Below, piece by piece: positions 33,594 through 42,302 of a stretch of 53,447 nt of DNA. The first letter of the stretch is position 1; each line of letters opens with the position of its first letter. The DNA is taken from NCBI GenBank assembly GCA_964363145.1, contig CAYIHE010000001.1:1-53447 (forward strand). The letters are read 5' to 3'. The notes beneath the pieces were generated by a model that saw only the letters and a program-made list of their open reading frames with translations, had not been told where the DNA came from and ran no database searches. This DNA comes from an uncultured Gammaproteobacteria bacterium. GTDB taxonomy: Bacteria; Patescibacteriota; Patescibacteriia; Magasanikbacterales; GWA2-37-8. The translations under genes were made by a program, and so were the position numbers.

Positions 33594-35074
33594 ATAAACA
33601 TATTCACTTTATCGGTATCTGTGGCGTAGCCATGAGCGCGCTGGCTGTGGCATTTCATAAAGAAGGCTGGGAAGTTTCCGGCAGTGATGTGGGGTTTTTT
33701 CCTCCTATTTCCGATTATTTAAAAGATAATAATATTTCTTTTTACCCGGGATGGCACCCGGAAAAAATGACGGCAAAAGGCGACCCGGATATTGTGGTGG
33801 TAGGAAATGTGGCCGGATCCGGTAATGCGGAATTTATTTATACCAGAAAACATAATTTGAATTATAAATCATACCCGGAAGTAATTGCCGAGCATATTGT
33901 GCAGTCAAAATCACTGGTATGCGCGGGCACTTACGGCAAAACTTCCACTGCCGCTTTACTGACTTTAATTTTAAAAAATGCCGATCTTAATCCAACTTAC
34001 ATGTTTGGAGGATTAAGCGCGAATTTGCCTATTAGCGCGAAAATTAAACTGGGCTTGCCCGGCGTAGCTGTAGCGAAGCCCGGGTGGAGTGTCTTGGAAG
34101 GTGACGAATACAAAACCGCGCGCTGGGACAGCCGGCCAAAATTTAAACTCTACTCCCCCACTCATTTGCTTTTAACTTCGGTTTCCTGGGATCACGCCGA
34201 TATTTATCCCACAGAAGAAACGTATTTTAACGCTTTTAAAGATTTAACAGCCATGCTTCCGGCTCATGGGTTAATTGTGGCTTGCGCGGACGCGCCAAAC
34301 ATGAATAAAATTCTTTCATCCAATACCAACGGATGCAAAGTCATAACTTACGGAAAAAATCAGACAGCGGATTATTATTATTTTGACGTAAAACAGACAA
34401 AAGACGGCGTAAATTTTAAAATACAAAACAAGCGCCGAGTTTCAATGGACGTTACTCGGCATGATTCCGCTGAATCAAATAAAACATACGAACTGGCTTC
34501 GCCTGTATTGGGCGAACACATGGCCGAAAATATTTGCGGCTGTTTTGCCATGGCCAGCGAGCTTGAAATTGAAAACAGTGTTATTTTAAAAACTATTGCC
34601 GAATTTAAAGGCATAAAAAGAAGATTGGAAAAAAGATTTGATGGAGACATTATTGTTTATGATGATTTGGGACACTCGCCGGCCAAAGCCGCGGCCACAC
34701 TGCGAACCTTGCGTGCTATCTACCCGCATAACAAAATAGTTGCCGTGTTTGAACCAAACACAGGCAATCGCAAATCGCAGTCAATCCCCGGATATGATAA
34801 TGCTTTTTCAAACGCAGACGAAGTGATAATCCCAGCGCTCACAAGAATAAAAATAAACCCAAAGGATATTGATCCGCCATTTGACGGAGAAAGATTGACT
34901 GAGATAGCTTCTAAAACCAATCCCAAAGTTATGTATATTAAAGATGACGATAAATTAGTTGAATATATAAAAAATAATTTAAAAGAAAAAGACGTGGTCG
35001 TCTTTCTTGGTTCGCATGGTTTTAGAGGAATGATAGAAAAGCTTATTTACCTTCATCAGCCACTTCGCACGTAA
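33590..35074 (+). CDS. Mur ligase, Mpl/MurC-like
   Basis: 494 aa. IHFIGICGVAMSALAVAFHKEGWEVSGSD, P-loop GTYGKTSTAALL, EGDEY. Overlaps the upstream gene by 4 nt. Confidence 0.8.
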   Translation: MNKHIHFIGICGVAMSALAVAFHKEGWEVSGSDVGFFPPISDYLKDNNISFYPGWHPEKMTAKGDPDIVVVGNVAGSGNAEFIYTRKHNLNYKSYPEVIAEHIVQSKSLVCAGTYGKTSTAALLTLILKNADLNPTYMFGGLSANLPISAKIKLGLPGVAVAKPGWSVLEGDEYKTARWDSRPKFKLYSPTHLLLTSVSWDHADIYPTEETYFNAFKDLTAMLPAHGLIVACADAPNMNKILSSNTNGCKVITYGKNQTADYYYFDVKQTKDGVNFKIQNKRRVSMDVTRHDSAESNKTYELASPVLGEHMAENICGCFAMASELEIENSVILKTIAEFKGIKRRLEKRFDGDIIVYDDLGHSPAKAAATLRTLRAIYPHNKIVAVFEPNTGNRKSQSIPGYDNAFSNADEVIIPALTRIKINPKDIDPPFDGERLTEIASKTNPKVMYIKDDDKLVEYIKNNLKEKDVVVFLGSHGFRGMIEKLIYLHQPLRT

Positions 35075-35207
35075 CAATATTATCGCTGATATTGTTCACC
35101 AACAGAGTAATACCGCAAACATCGCATTCAATAATATTACCAACTGACAAATTTGGATAAGCGGAAAGGTTGACTTCGTTTTTGCACTCCGGACAAACAA
35201 GTTTCAT
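35043..35207 (-). CDS. LysW-like zinc-ribbon protein (54 aa)
   Basis: MKLVCPECKNEVNL...IIECDVCGITLLV...CEVADEGK. CPEC...CDVCG ribbon with an acidic tail. Start trimmed to ATG 35207. Confidence 0.5.
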   Translation of the reverse strand: MKLVCPECKNEVNLSAYPNLSVGNIIECDVCGITLLVNNISDNIVTCEVADEGK

Positions 35208-35258
35208 ATGTATATAATTAGTGGTAAGATAAAAAAAGTATACACTAAATTTTGATTT

Positions 35259-36188
35259 ATGGCAATTACTAAAATAACCCCGCAACCGCAAGCGAAAAAA
35301 TTGGCAAAAAAAATTGGCTTAACCGCGGCTTTGTATTTGAAGCGCGAGGATCTGCATCCGCACGGATCGCACAAAGGCCGGTCTATTCCGCCGATGGTTG
35401 ACCATTATGTCAACGAAGGCGCTAGTAATTTTTGTATTTCATCATCGGGAAATGCAGCCTTGGCCGCTATTTATGCTATTCAAAAACATAAATCTTGCGC
35501 TTTACGCATCTTTGTCGGCAAACATATTCAACAGGATAAGTTGGAACGGTTACGACAAGTAATTTACAAAAATCAGAATATAACTATTGAGCAAGTGGAT
35601 GCTCCAAAACGAATGGCGTTTCAAATGGATAAAAATGGCTCTGTGCCGATTTTGCCGCCGCAAAATCGAGCATCCGCGATTTCGCGCCAAAGCGAAATCG
35701 GGACAAAAAATCTACGCCAGTCAACCGATGACACTGCGCTTGTTGGCTACCAAACGCTGGCCGATGAGCTGGCGGAAATAAAAAATCTTGCCGCTGTTTT
35801 TATTCCAACATCCAGCGGCACCACGGCGCAAGGTCTATATAATGGCTTTCAGAAACACAACATCAATCCGCAAATTCATATTATACAAACCCCTTTTTGC
35901 CACCCAATGGTTGCATCCCCGGCTCCAATCGAACCTTCGGTGGCAAGCGCGATTGTGGATAAGGTGGGCTATCGCAAAGAAGCGGTCCAAAAAGCCATAC
36001 GAGACAGTGGGGGCAAAGGATGGATAGCAACTGATAATGATATCGCGGAAACAAAATGCCAAATTAAAGAAACTGAAAATCTGGACATATCCGCCAACAG
36101 CGCCCTGTCGGTAGCCGGATTAAAACTTGCATTAAAAAATAATTGGCATTTTAGCGGGCCAGTGGTTTGTATTCTTACCGGACGTTAA
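35259..36188 (+). CDS. Fold-type II PLP-dependent enzyme (Thr synthase/Cys synthase superfamily) carrying a hairpin-module insert
   Basis: 309 aa. LKREDLHPHGSHKGR (PLP-lysine block) and SSSGNAALAAIYA. Insert at 35646-35706. Confidence 0.65.
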   Translation: MAITKITPQPQAKKLAKKIGLTAALYLKREDLHPHGSHKGRSIPPMVDHYVNEGASNFCISSSGNAALAAIYAIQKHKSCALRIFVGKHIQQDKLERLRQVIYKNQNITIEQVDAPKRMAFQMDKNGSVPILPPQNRASAISRQSEIGTKNLRQSTDDTALVGYQTLADELAEIKNLAAVFIPTSSGTTAQGLYNGFQKHNINPQIHIIQTPFCHPMVASPAPIEPSVASAIVDKVGYRKEAVQKAIRDSGGKGWIATDNDIAETKCQIKETENLDISANSALSVAGLKLALKNNWHFSGPVVCILTGR

Positions 36189-38228
36189 TTATTCTCCGTT
36201 CATCAAAATAATCTCGTCCACGCCGTCAAAATTAACATCGGCCGCGCCAACACTGGTTTGGCTGGTATTAAAACCGGCGGTAATTTTAAATTGAGACAAT
36301 AATTTTCCCGCCAGACTGTAAGTTTTTATCTGTTTGGTTTTACCAAAATCCAAAGCCACGATTATTTCCGGCGCGCCATCGCCGTTTATATCTCCGGAAG
36401 CCAGGCTAAAGCTTCCTTTTAATTTTTTAGTGTCTACGAAAAATCTCCGGCTGATTTTTGACAGTATGTTGTTATAAACAATAACCTCCGGAAATTTTCC
36501 GCCGCCGGCGCCGACAATAATTTTACTGTTGTTTCCCGCGCCGGCTATGGCCACCGCCAACCCTGTTTTATATGTTTTTCCCAACGGAAAAATATTTTCT
36601 TTTACTATTCCGCCGTGATAATTATAAATATTTATTTGCCCTCCTTTATTTTGAGAAGTGATTGTGGAGTTTTCCTGTGAGTCGGATAATCTTCCGACCG
36701 TTAAACGCACTTCACCGGTATAATTCCTGCCAAACGGCCAATCGCTAAGCCAAGTACCGCCACTACTATTAAATATTCCCAATTTTTGGCTGGTGGCGAT
36801 AATTTTTTCTTCGGTGCCACTGCCGTCCAGATCGCCGTGATATATTTTTGCTCCTCCGGGTACGCCATTTTCATAAACAAACAAACCGTTGCGGACGCGA
36901 TTTCCGTTTTTATCAAAAAATCTAATAAAATTGCCGTTGGCAAAGACAATGTTTTTGAGAGTCTGAAAAGTCCGCAACATTATTAGGCCGTCTTTGGCCG
37001 GTAAATTAACCTGACTAACTATGGAGCCGTCATTGACGGCGGAATCTTGCGTGCCGATTATTTTTTCATATTCGCCGCCTAGATCAATATCTTGCGGCAA
37101 AGAAGTGGCGTTGGTCAAAGCAATGCCATTTTCGTATTCCCTGCGCCAAACGTCTTCTTCGAATTTTTGCTTATTGTTTAAAGACAGAGCCGCCCCCAGC
37201 GGCTTGCCTAATTCAATGTTATATTCATCATACCACCAAGTTTGCGCGTGCGCCGTATCGCCAAAGTCAAAAGCATAATGCCCGTCCAACAGCAAAGCGC
37301 TGGCCAAACCAAAACGAAATTCCTTAAAATTATTTTGCCCGCCCGCTTCGCTCGGCTCAGAAGAGCGGGCGGGCGTTCCTAAATTCGCCGTATTAGCATT
37401 AATAATATTTAGGCGCGGTAAAGGCATGCCAAGCTGATTGCCGGCATAAACATTCATAGAATCTTTCCAGCTCAAAGGTGGAAAATTTTCCAGCATAATG
37501 CCGTTTAAGTCATCTTTATAAACATCGCTGGTGGCATTGCCAATCAAAACAAATTTGTTGCTGGTTAATTTTCTGGTCTCTTGGTAAATAGAGCGCGTGC
37601 CTTCGCGCCAATGCGCGTCTATATCGCTATCTTTTTGTCCATCTTTATTTAAATCTACAGTGTCGCCTGCCAGCCATTTTATGTCTTTCCATGCGTTGTC
37701 ATAAAATACTCCGTCCCAAACACCGGTGGACAAAATTTCTTGCGCCACGAATTTCGCGATGTATTTATTTAATTTGACGCCATTTATTTCCGGCGCGTTA
37801 TCGGCCACATTTAACATCCAAGTGCCGGGCCAAAAAGTGATTTTGTTATTTTGTGCGTCAGTTAAATACCATCGTTCGTCAATTCCAGCGGCCAATTTTT
37901 TTCGCATAACGCTAGTCCCAACAGCCGCGTCTTTTTTTATTTCTTGCGGAGTAATATAGGCGAGCAAAATTATATTGGGATTAAGCTGTTTGATTTTTTT
38001 CAGCGCGCTTAAACTGTTTATTTGCGTTTCCATGTCCAGAATCAACAAATCCCACTTGGCTAACTCAATAATTTTATTATCTAAGATTTCCCAATTCAAA
38101 TAATAGTTGGCGCGTTTTGGCGAAATGCGCGCGGCCGAAGATCGGCGCGGAAACAAAAGAACGGCATAAAAAACCGCGGTAAAAACCAGCGCGGCCAAAA
38201 TTATTTTTTTATTATTTTTTTTCCGCAT
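36189..38228 (-). CDS. Secreted glycoside-hydrolase-like (GHL15-type TIM barrel) protein with C-terminal FG-GAP repeats
   Basis: 679 aa. N-terminal signal/TM. ANYYLNWEI...WDLLILDME. C-terminal GDLDGSGTEEKII, GDINGDGAPEIIV and ADVNFDGVDEIIL. Confidence 0.6.
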   Translation of the reverse strand: MRKKNNKKIILAALVFTAVFYAVLLFPRRSSAARISPKRANYYLNWEILDNKIIELAKWDLLILDMETQINSLSALKKIKQLNPNIILLAYITPQEIKKDAAVGTSVMRKKLAAGIDERWYLTDAQNNKITFWPGTWMLNVADNAPEINGVKLNKYIAKFVAQEILSTGVWDGVFYDNAWKDIKWLAGDTVDLNKDGQKDSDIDAHWREGTRSIYQETRKLTSNKFVLIGNATSDVYKDDLNGIMLENFPPLSWKDSMNVYAGNQLGMPLPRLNIINANTANLGTPARSSEPSEAGGQNNFKEFRFGLASALLLDGHYAFDFGDTAHAQTWWYDEYNIELGKPLGAALSLNNKQKFEEDVWRREYENGIALTNATSLPQDIDLGGEYEKIIGTQDSAVNDGSIVSQVNLPAKDGLIMLRTFQTLKNIVFANGNFIRFFDKNGNRVRNGLFVYENGVPGGAKIYHGDLDGSGTEEKIIATSQKLGIFNSSGGTWLSDWPFGRNYTGEVRLTVGRLSDSQENSTITSQNKGGQINIYNYHGGIVKENIFPLGKTYKTGLAVAIAGAGNNSKIIVGAGGGKFPEVIVYNNILSKISRRFFVDTKKLKGSFSLASGDINGDGAPEIIVALDFGKTKQIKTYSLAGKLLSQFKITAGFNTSQTSVGAADVNFDGVDEIILMNGE

Positions 38229-38241
38229 AAACCGCCGCTAG

Positions 38242-39312
38242 CTATTTTAATTTAAACCCAAAAAACTTGTTTTTTATCACCCAAGCCAAAACTTTCAATG
38301 GATGTTTTTTTATGGCCGTACGAGCCGTGCAAATCATCCAAACCGGCACTTTACCAGCATCTACCTGCCGCCTAACTTCTTCGGCTTCCTCGCTACACCA
38401 AAATTTCTCTACGCCTGACATTTCTCTGATATTGCCCATGCGAATATTATGCACTACCGAAGGATAAATTACGCCGTTCGGATCTAAAAAGAAAAAGTCG
38501 CGCGCCGGCGCGTTGGATACCACCGGGTTGCGGCTGGTAATAAATGTATACATGCCAAAAGCAAAATAAGCGCGCGCCCAACGTTTTAGATTCCAGCCGC
38601 GCAATTCCGATTTGATGATATAAGTATATTGTTCCCGTAATAATTCACGCAGAGGACCGCTGACATGATTGCTGTCTTCTGTTGCCAAAGCCATTCCTTC
38701 GGTTAAAGACTCATCGCCCAAACCCTGAAAATCCGTGTTGGTTTTTCCGCCAAAATAAAACTCCGAACTCTGCGCGAAACTATGAGTGAATTGCGCGCCC
38801 AGCCGGCGAGACAAATCATAAACTTTTTTCAAGTGTTTAATATTTTTTTCGGTAATGGTAAAACCCAAACGCAAATTAGTCATTCCTAACTCTTTTAGCT
38901 GGCGCAGAGTTTCCATATCTTTGCTAAACCCTCCCGGAATGCCGCGCATCTCGTCGTGCATTTCGTCCATGCCGTCTATGGATATGGCTACGCCGATATC
39001 GGGTTTTATTTTTAAGATTTTTTTCATCTGCTTTACGACCAAATCTGTGAGAAAACCATTGGTGGAAATGACAATACGGGCTTTAGGACAGGCCTTGACT
39101 ACAACGGCGATTATCTCTGGCAAATCAGGACGCAAAAACGGCTCGCCTCCGGAGATATTTATATCCCGCAACGTAGATGGAAGTTTGGCAAATTCAGCCA
39201 CCGGCAACTCCGGAAAGCCCTTTATTTTCCAAATGTCGCACATGACACAGCGTGCGTTGCAATTGTAAGTAATAGCCAGCACGCAATCTGTTGGTAATCG
39301 GCAATTTTTCAT
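38242..39312 (-). CDS. Radical SAM protein
   Basis: 356 aa. AITYNCNARCVMCDIW (CX3CX2C) and ISGGEPFLRPD. Confidence 0.85.
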   Translation of the reverse strand: MKNCRLPTDCVLAITYNCNARCVMCDIWKIKGFPELPVAEFAKLPSTLRDINISGGEPFLRPDLPEIIAVVVKACPKARIVISTNGFLTDLVVKQMKKILKIKPDIGVAISIDGMDEMHDEMRGIPGGFSKDMETLRQLKELGMTNLRLGFTITEKNIKHLKKVYDLSRRLGAQFTHSFAQSSEFYFGGKTNTDFQGLGDESLTEGMALATEDSNHVSGPLRELLREQYTYIIKSELRGWNLKRWARAYFAFGMYTFITSRNPVVSNAPARDFFFLDPNGVIYPSVVHNIRMGNIREMSGVEKFWCSEEAEEVRRQVDAGKVPVWMICTARTAIKKHPLKVLAWVIKNKFFGFKLK

Positions 39313-39352
39313 AAGTTTATTTTATCATTAAATCGTGTTATACTCAAATAAT

Positions 39353-40735
39353 ATGACAAGCTACCTTAAACGCTTTTCTTTCAGCGCCTTGCTAATAATT
39401 GGGACGGCTATTTTTACTTTTGTAAACGCGAATACAGCATTGGACGTCCTGGCGCTTTTGCTGATTGTTTTTATTATTTTACAAAAAGTTTTCGGCGAAT
39501 ATTTTGTTTTAATTCTTTTGGCCGCGCGTCCGACGCTGGATTTTTGGCGTGATTTTAGTCTTTTTTCTTTCCGGTCGTTTGAATTTAACATCAATTCGGC
39601 TTTATCCGTATTTTTACTAATTTGGTCAATATATTTTTTTGTAAAAAACCGCGCTTATTTCAAACAAATACCCGCCAAAATTCCCTGGCTGATATTTATG
39701 GGCTGGATTTCTCTTACCGCCATTTACAGCTATGATTTAATTTCTACCATCCGAGAAACGGCCAAAGCCGCCAACCTGTTTGCCTTATTCGGCATTTGCT
39801 TCATAATGTCGATAAAAAACAAAGAAATTTTTGGCAAAAAATTTTTAAAAAGCATGATTGCGGGCGCGATTTTGCCAATGCTTGTGGCCGCTTATCAATT
39901 TTTATCCCGTACCGGCATGGACATAGACGACATTGGTAACAGAATTTACGGCACTTTCGCCCACCCTAATATTTTAGCAACCTATGCCTTGCTTTTATTA
40001 ATAGTTGTAGTGAATGAGTTGTTTATCGCTAAAAATACAACGTTGAAATCCCCGCTTGGGCGGGGTAGGGGTGGGTTGGCCGTGATTTTATTTTTACTGG
40101 CCATAATCGCCTTTACCTACACTCGTATTGCCTGGATCGGCGCGGGAATGCTATTTGTAATTTTGGGCTTGGTTTATTACAGAAAAATTCTGGTGGTGAT
40201 TTTATCCGCCGCGGCTTTATTTTTCGCGCTATTTTATCCGTTAAATAATTATTTAATCCAAAATTATAATATTAATTTACAATCCTCCGGATTAATTTCC
40301 CGCTTAACTTCCCGCAATGAAGATTCTGATTCAATAAAATGGCGCGTAAATTTGGCAAATAAAGTTATGCCTCTTTTCCGCCAACGCTGGCTATTGGGTT
40401 ATGGCTACGGCTCGTTTCCCAAAGTTTGGGACGACAATAAAGACGTGGGGAATATCTGGGATACCACTTCCGAAGCGCATAATGATTATATAAAAGTTGC
40501 TTTTGAATCCGGCGTTGTCGGTTTGCTTTTATTTTTATTTATTTTTGCCAGTTTACTTTACCGACAAATAAATTTTGCCGTAAAAAACCATTGGACAAAC
40601 GTTGTGTTCATAGCCAGTATTGGAATTTATCTGATCTTGAGTCTTTCCGATAATATGTTGCATCACACGCCAATGATTTGGTGGCTGTGGGCGGTGTGGG
40701 GGGTGTGGAGCTACAAGTTGAAAGTTGAAAGTTGA
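39353..40735 (+). CDS. O-antigen ligase (Wzy_C) family membrane protein
   Basis: About 460 aa polytopic protein. SEAHNDYIKVAFESGVVGLLLF motif. ATG at 39353 preferred over the alternative start at 39335. Confidence 0.8.
   Translation: MTSYLKRFSFSALLIIGTAIFTFVNANTALDVLALLLIVFIILQKVFGEYFVLILLAARPTLDFWRDFSLFSFRSFEFNINSALSVFLLIWSIYFFVKNRAYFKQIPAKIPWLIFMGWISLTAIYSYDLISTIRETAKAANLFALFGICFIMSIKNKEIFGKKFLKSMIAGAILPMLVAAYQFLSRTGMDIDDIGNRIYGTFAHPNILATYALLLLIVVVNELFIAKNTTLKSPLGRGRGGLAVILFLLAIIAFTYTRIAWIGAGMLFVILGLVYYRKILVVILSAAALFFALFYPLNNYLIQNYNINLQSSGLISRLTSRNEDSDSIKWRVNLANKVMPLFRQRWLLGYGYGSFPKVWDDNKDVGNIWDTTSEAHNDYIKVAFESGVVGLLLFLFIFASLLYRQINFAVKNHWTNVVFIASIGIYLILSLSDNMLHHTPMIWWLWAVWGVWSYKLKVES
40049..40076. 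repeat. Hairpin module C inside the O-antigen ligase CDS
   Basis: Identical 28-mer to 6122-6149. Read as SPLGRGRGG. Confidence 0.85.
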
Positions 40736-40771
40736 AAGAATAAAGGCGGAGATCACTATCCGCCTCTCACT

Positions 40772-40822
40772 CCGCCGCACACCCATTCGGCTCTGCGGCA
40801 CCAGCGTGCTCGGCGGATTTTT
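40772..40822 (+). terminator. Intrinsic terminator after the O-antigen ligase gene
   Basis: CCGCCG...CGGCGG stem (40772-40816) followed by ATTTTT. Confidence 0.45.
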
Positions 40823-41158
40823 AGCCAGACGGATTTTCCTTATAGGAAAATCTCGTCGCTAAAAACAAAAAACCACCCAGAGAGAGTCACCTAACGAAGT
40901 AATAAATTACTTAGTCGGGTAATCGGGTGGTATTTTTGTTAGGCAGATAAATCTGCCCATTTCCGCTCACTTTATAAATGAACGCAAATGGACAGGTCTG
41001 CCAGCGAAAGCCCCAAAGGGGTCCTTCAATTCTAGTGATTATATTTTTGTACTTTCGTAGCTTTCGTATTTCGTACATAATCATTAAAATTGAAGGGGGG
41101 AAGAGAGTTGCTTAAACAACCGCTATCTCTACTCTCTTCCCCCACCAGGATACTACTC

Positions 41159-41953
41159 CTACTCCATGTTTCGCCCGTCGTACGTGCACTTGAACATGTC
41201 GTAGTAAACCGCGTGATAGAAGGTGCTTTCGACACCGCTCCACTCGATCTGACAGTCAATGGCGACACGATTGCCACCACTCGAGTAACATTCGACCGAG
41301 CAGCTAGAGGCTGGCGCCGCCTTCCACGGATCACCGGCCAGACCGTCGTACAGACTTTCCGGAGGGTAAGTCCCCAACGGAGGTGCTGGCTCGGCGATCT
41401 CGAATCCGCCCCAGAACACGCAGTTCACGGCTGACTCCGACGGCCAAATTTGCATGCCACCGCAATCGGCCAGGGTGTACACACACGTACCTCCCGAGCA
41501 CGAATCGTTCGTCCAGCCCCACCCGTCGTCGCAGTCCGCATCATCGTCGCAGGCCGGACAGACCGCGTCCGGCGTGGCCGCGTCCACAGGGGTGGGCGGC
41601 GGGGTCGCATCGGGCGGCGAGGCATCCGGTGGCGGCACAGTGGCCGCGTCGGGCGTGGGCGGAACGGCGGCGTCCGGGCTCGGAACCGAAGCATCCACAG
41701 TGGGTGGAACGGCGGCGTCCGGGGTCTCGGGAACCGTCGCGTCCGGCGTGGCCGGGGTGGCCGCGTCGCACTCGGGCGTGTTGCCCGCGTCCGGCGTCGT
41801 GACCGGGACGGTCGCGTCGGGCTCCATCGGCGACGGAGTCGCGTCGACCTCCTCGGTCGGCGGCTCGGCGTCGGGCAGATCCTGCAGCGGCAGGTCCTCC
41901 ATGAGGCAACCCGTCGCGCCAAGAACACACATCAAGAACAGACTCTTCATCAT
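41159..41953 (-). CDS. High-GC Pro/Thr/Asp/Ala-repeat, Cys-rich putative lipoprotein
   Basis: Start at MMKSLFLMCVLGATGC (signal peptide plus lipobox-like Cys). SD GAGGAG at 41962-41967. PDA(A/T)VPP repeats. CPACDDDADCDDGWGWTNDSCSGGTC block. Confidence 0.7.
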   Translation of the reverse strand: MMKSLFLMCVLGATGCLMEDLPLQDLPDAEPPTEEVDATPSPMEPDATVPVTTPDAGNTPECDAATPATPDATVPETPDAAVPPTVDASVPSPDAAVPPTPDAATVPPPDASPPDATPPPTPVDAATPDAVCPACDDDADCDDGWGWTNDSCSGGTCVYTLADCGGMQIWPSESAVNCVFWGGFEIAEPAPPLGTYPPESLYDGLAGDPWKAAPASSCSVECYSSGGNRVAIDCQIEWSGVESTFYHAVYYDMFKCTYDGRNME

Positions 41954-42046
41954 TGTCTCATCTCCTCTGGCCGCATCCGTGCGACCATATCTCGAACGTG
42001 ATCTCCACTCCAACCAACGGCATCATTGCCATGGTTGTAGTTTTTT

Positions 42047-42120
42047 TGTCATCCTGAACATAGTGAAGGATCTCTGTCCGTTTGATTGGACAAAATTTCT
42101 TCGCTTTGTTCAGAATGACA
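42047..42120. repeat. Family B element inside the high-GC island
   Basis: TGTCATCCTGAACATAGTGAAGGATCTCTGTCC...TTCGCTTTGTTCAGAATGACA. AT-rich like the host. Confidence 0.85.
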
Positions 42121-42174
42121 AGGTAAATTCATTTTAAGGTGCTTTTTCGATCTGTTTCATATTCCTATTTCTAC

Positions 42175-42212
42175 CAGACAGAGATCCCTCACCTGGATGG
42201 TTCGGGATGACA
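42175..42212. repeat. Half family-B element
   Basis: CAGACAGAGATCCCTCACCTGGATGGTTCGGGATGACA. Confidence 0.65.
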
Positions 42213-42302
42213 ATCGTGAGTGGAATAAGGATATGAATGAATCGCCCTGCACCAGCCGACTCCTTTTGGGAATCAACTGGCGCAGGGAACTGCTGTGGGG
42301 AC

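Noticed and set aside
34055-34095. GGGCTTGCCCGGCGTAGCTGTAGCGAAGCCCGGGTGG in the Mur ligase gene, as an eleventh in-frame repeat insertion.
   Set aside because: It has only a short GGGCTT/AAGCCC stem and loose similarity to the CGTAGCG motif of family A. I cannot show without an alignment that the residues (LPGVAVAKPGW) are extra relative to Mpl/MurC.
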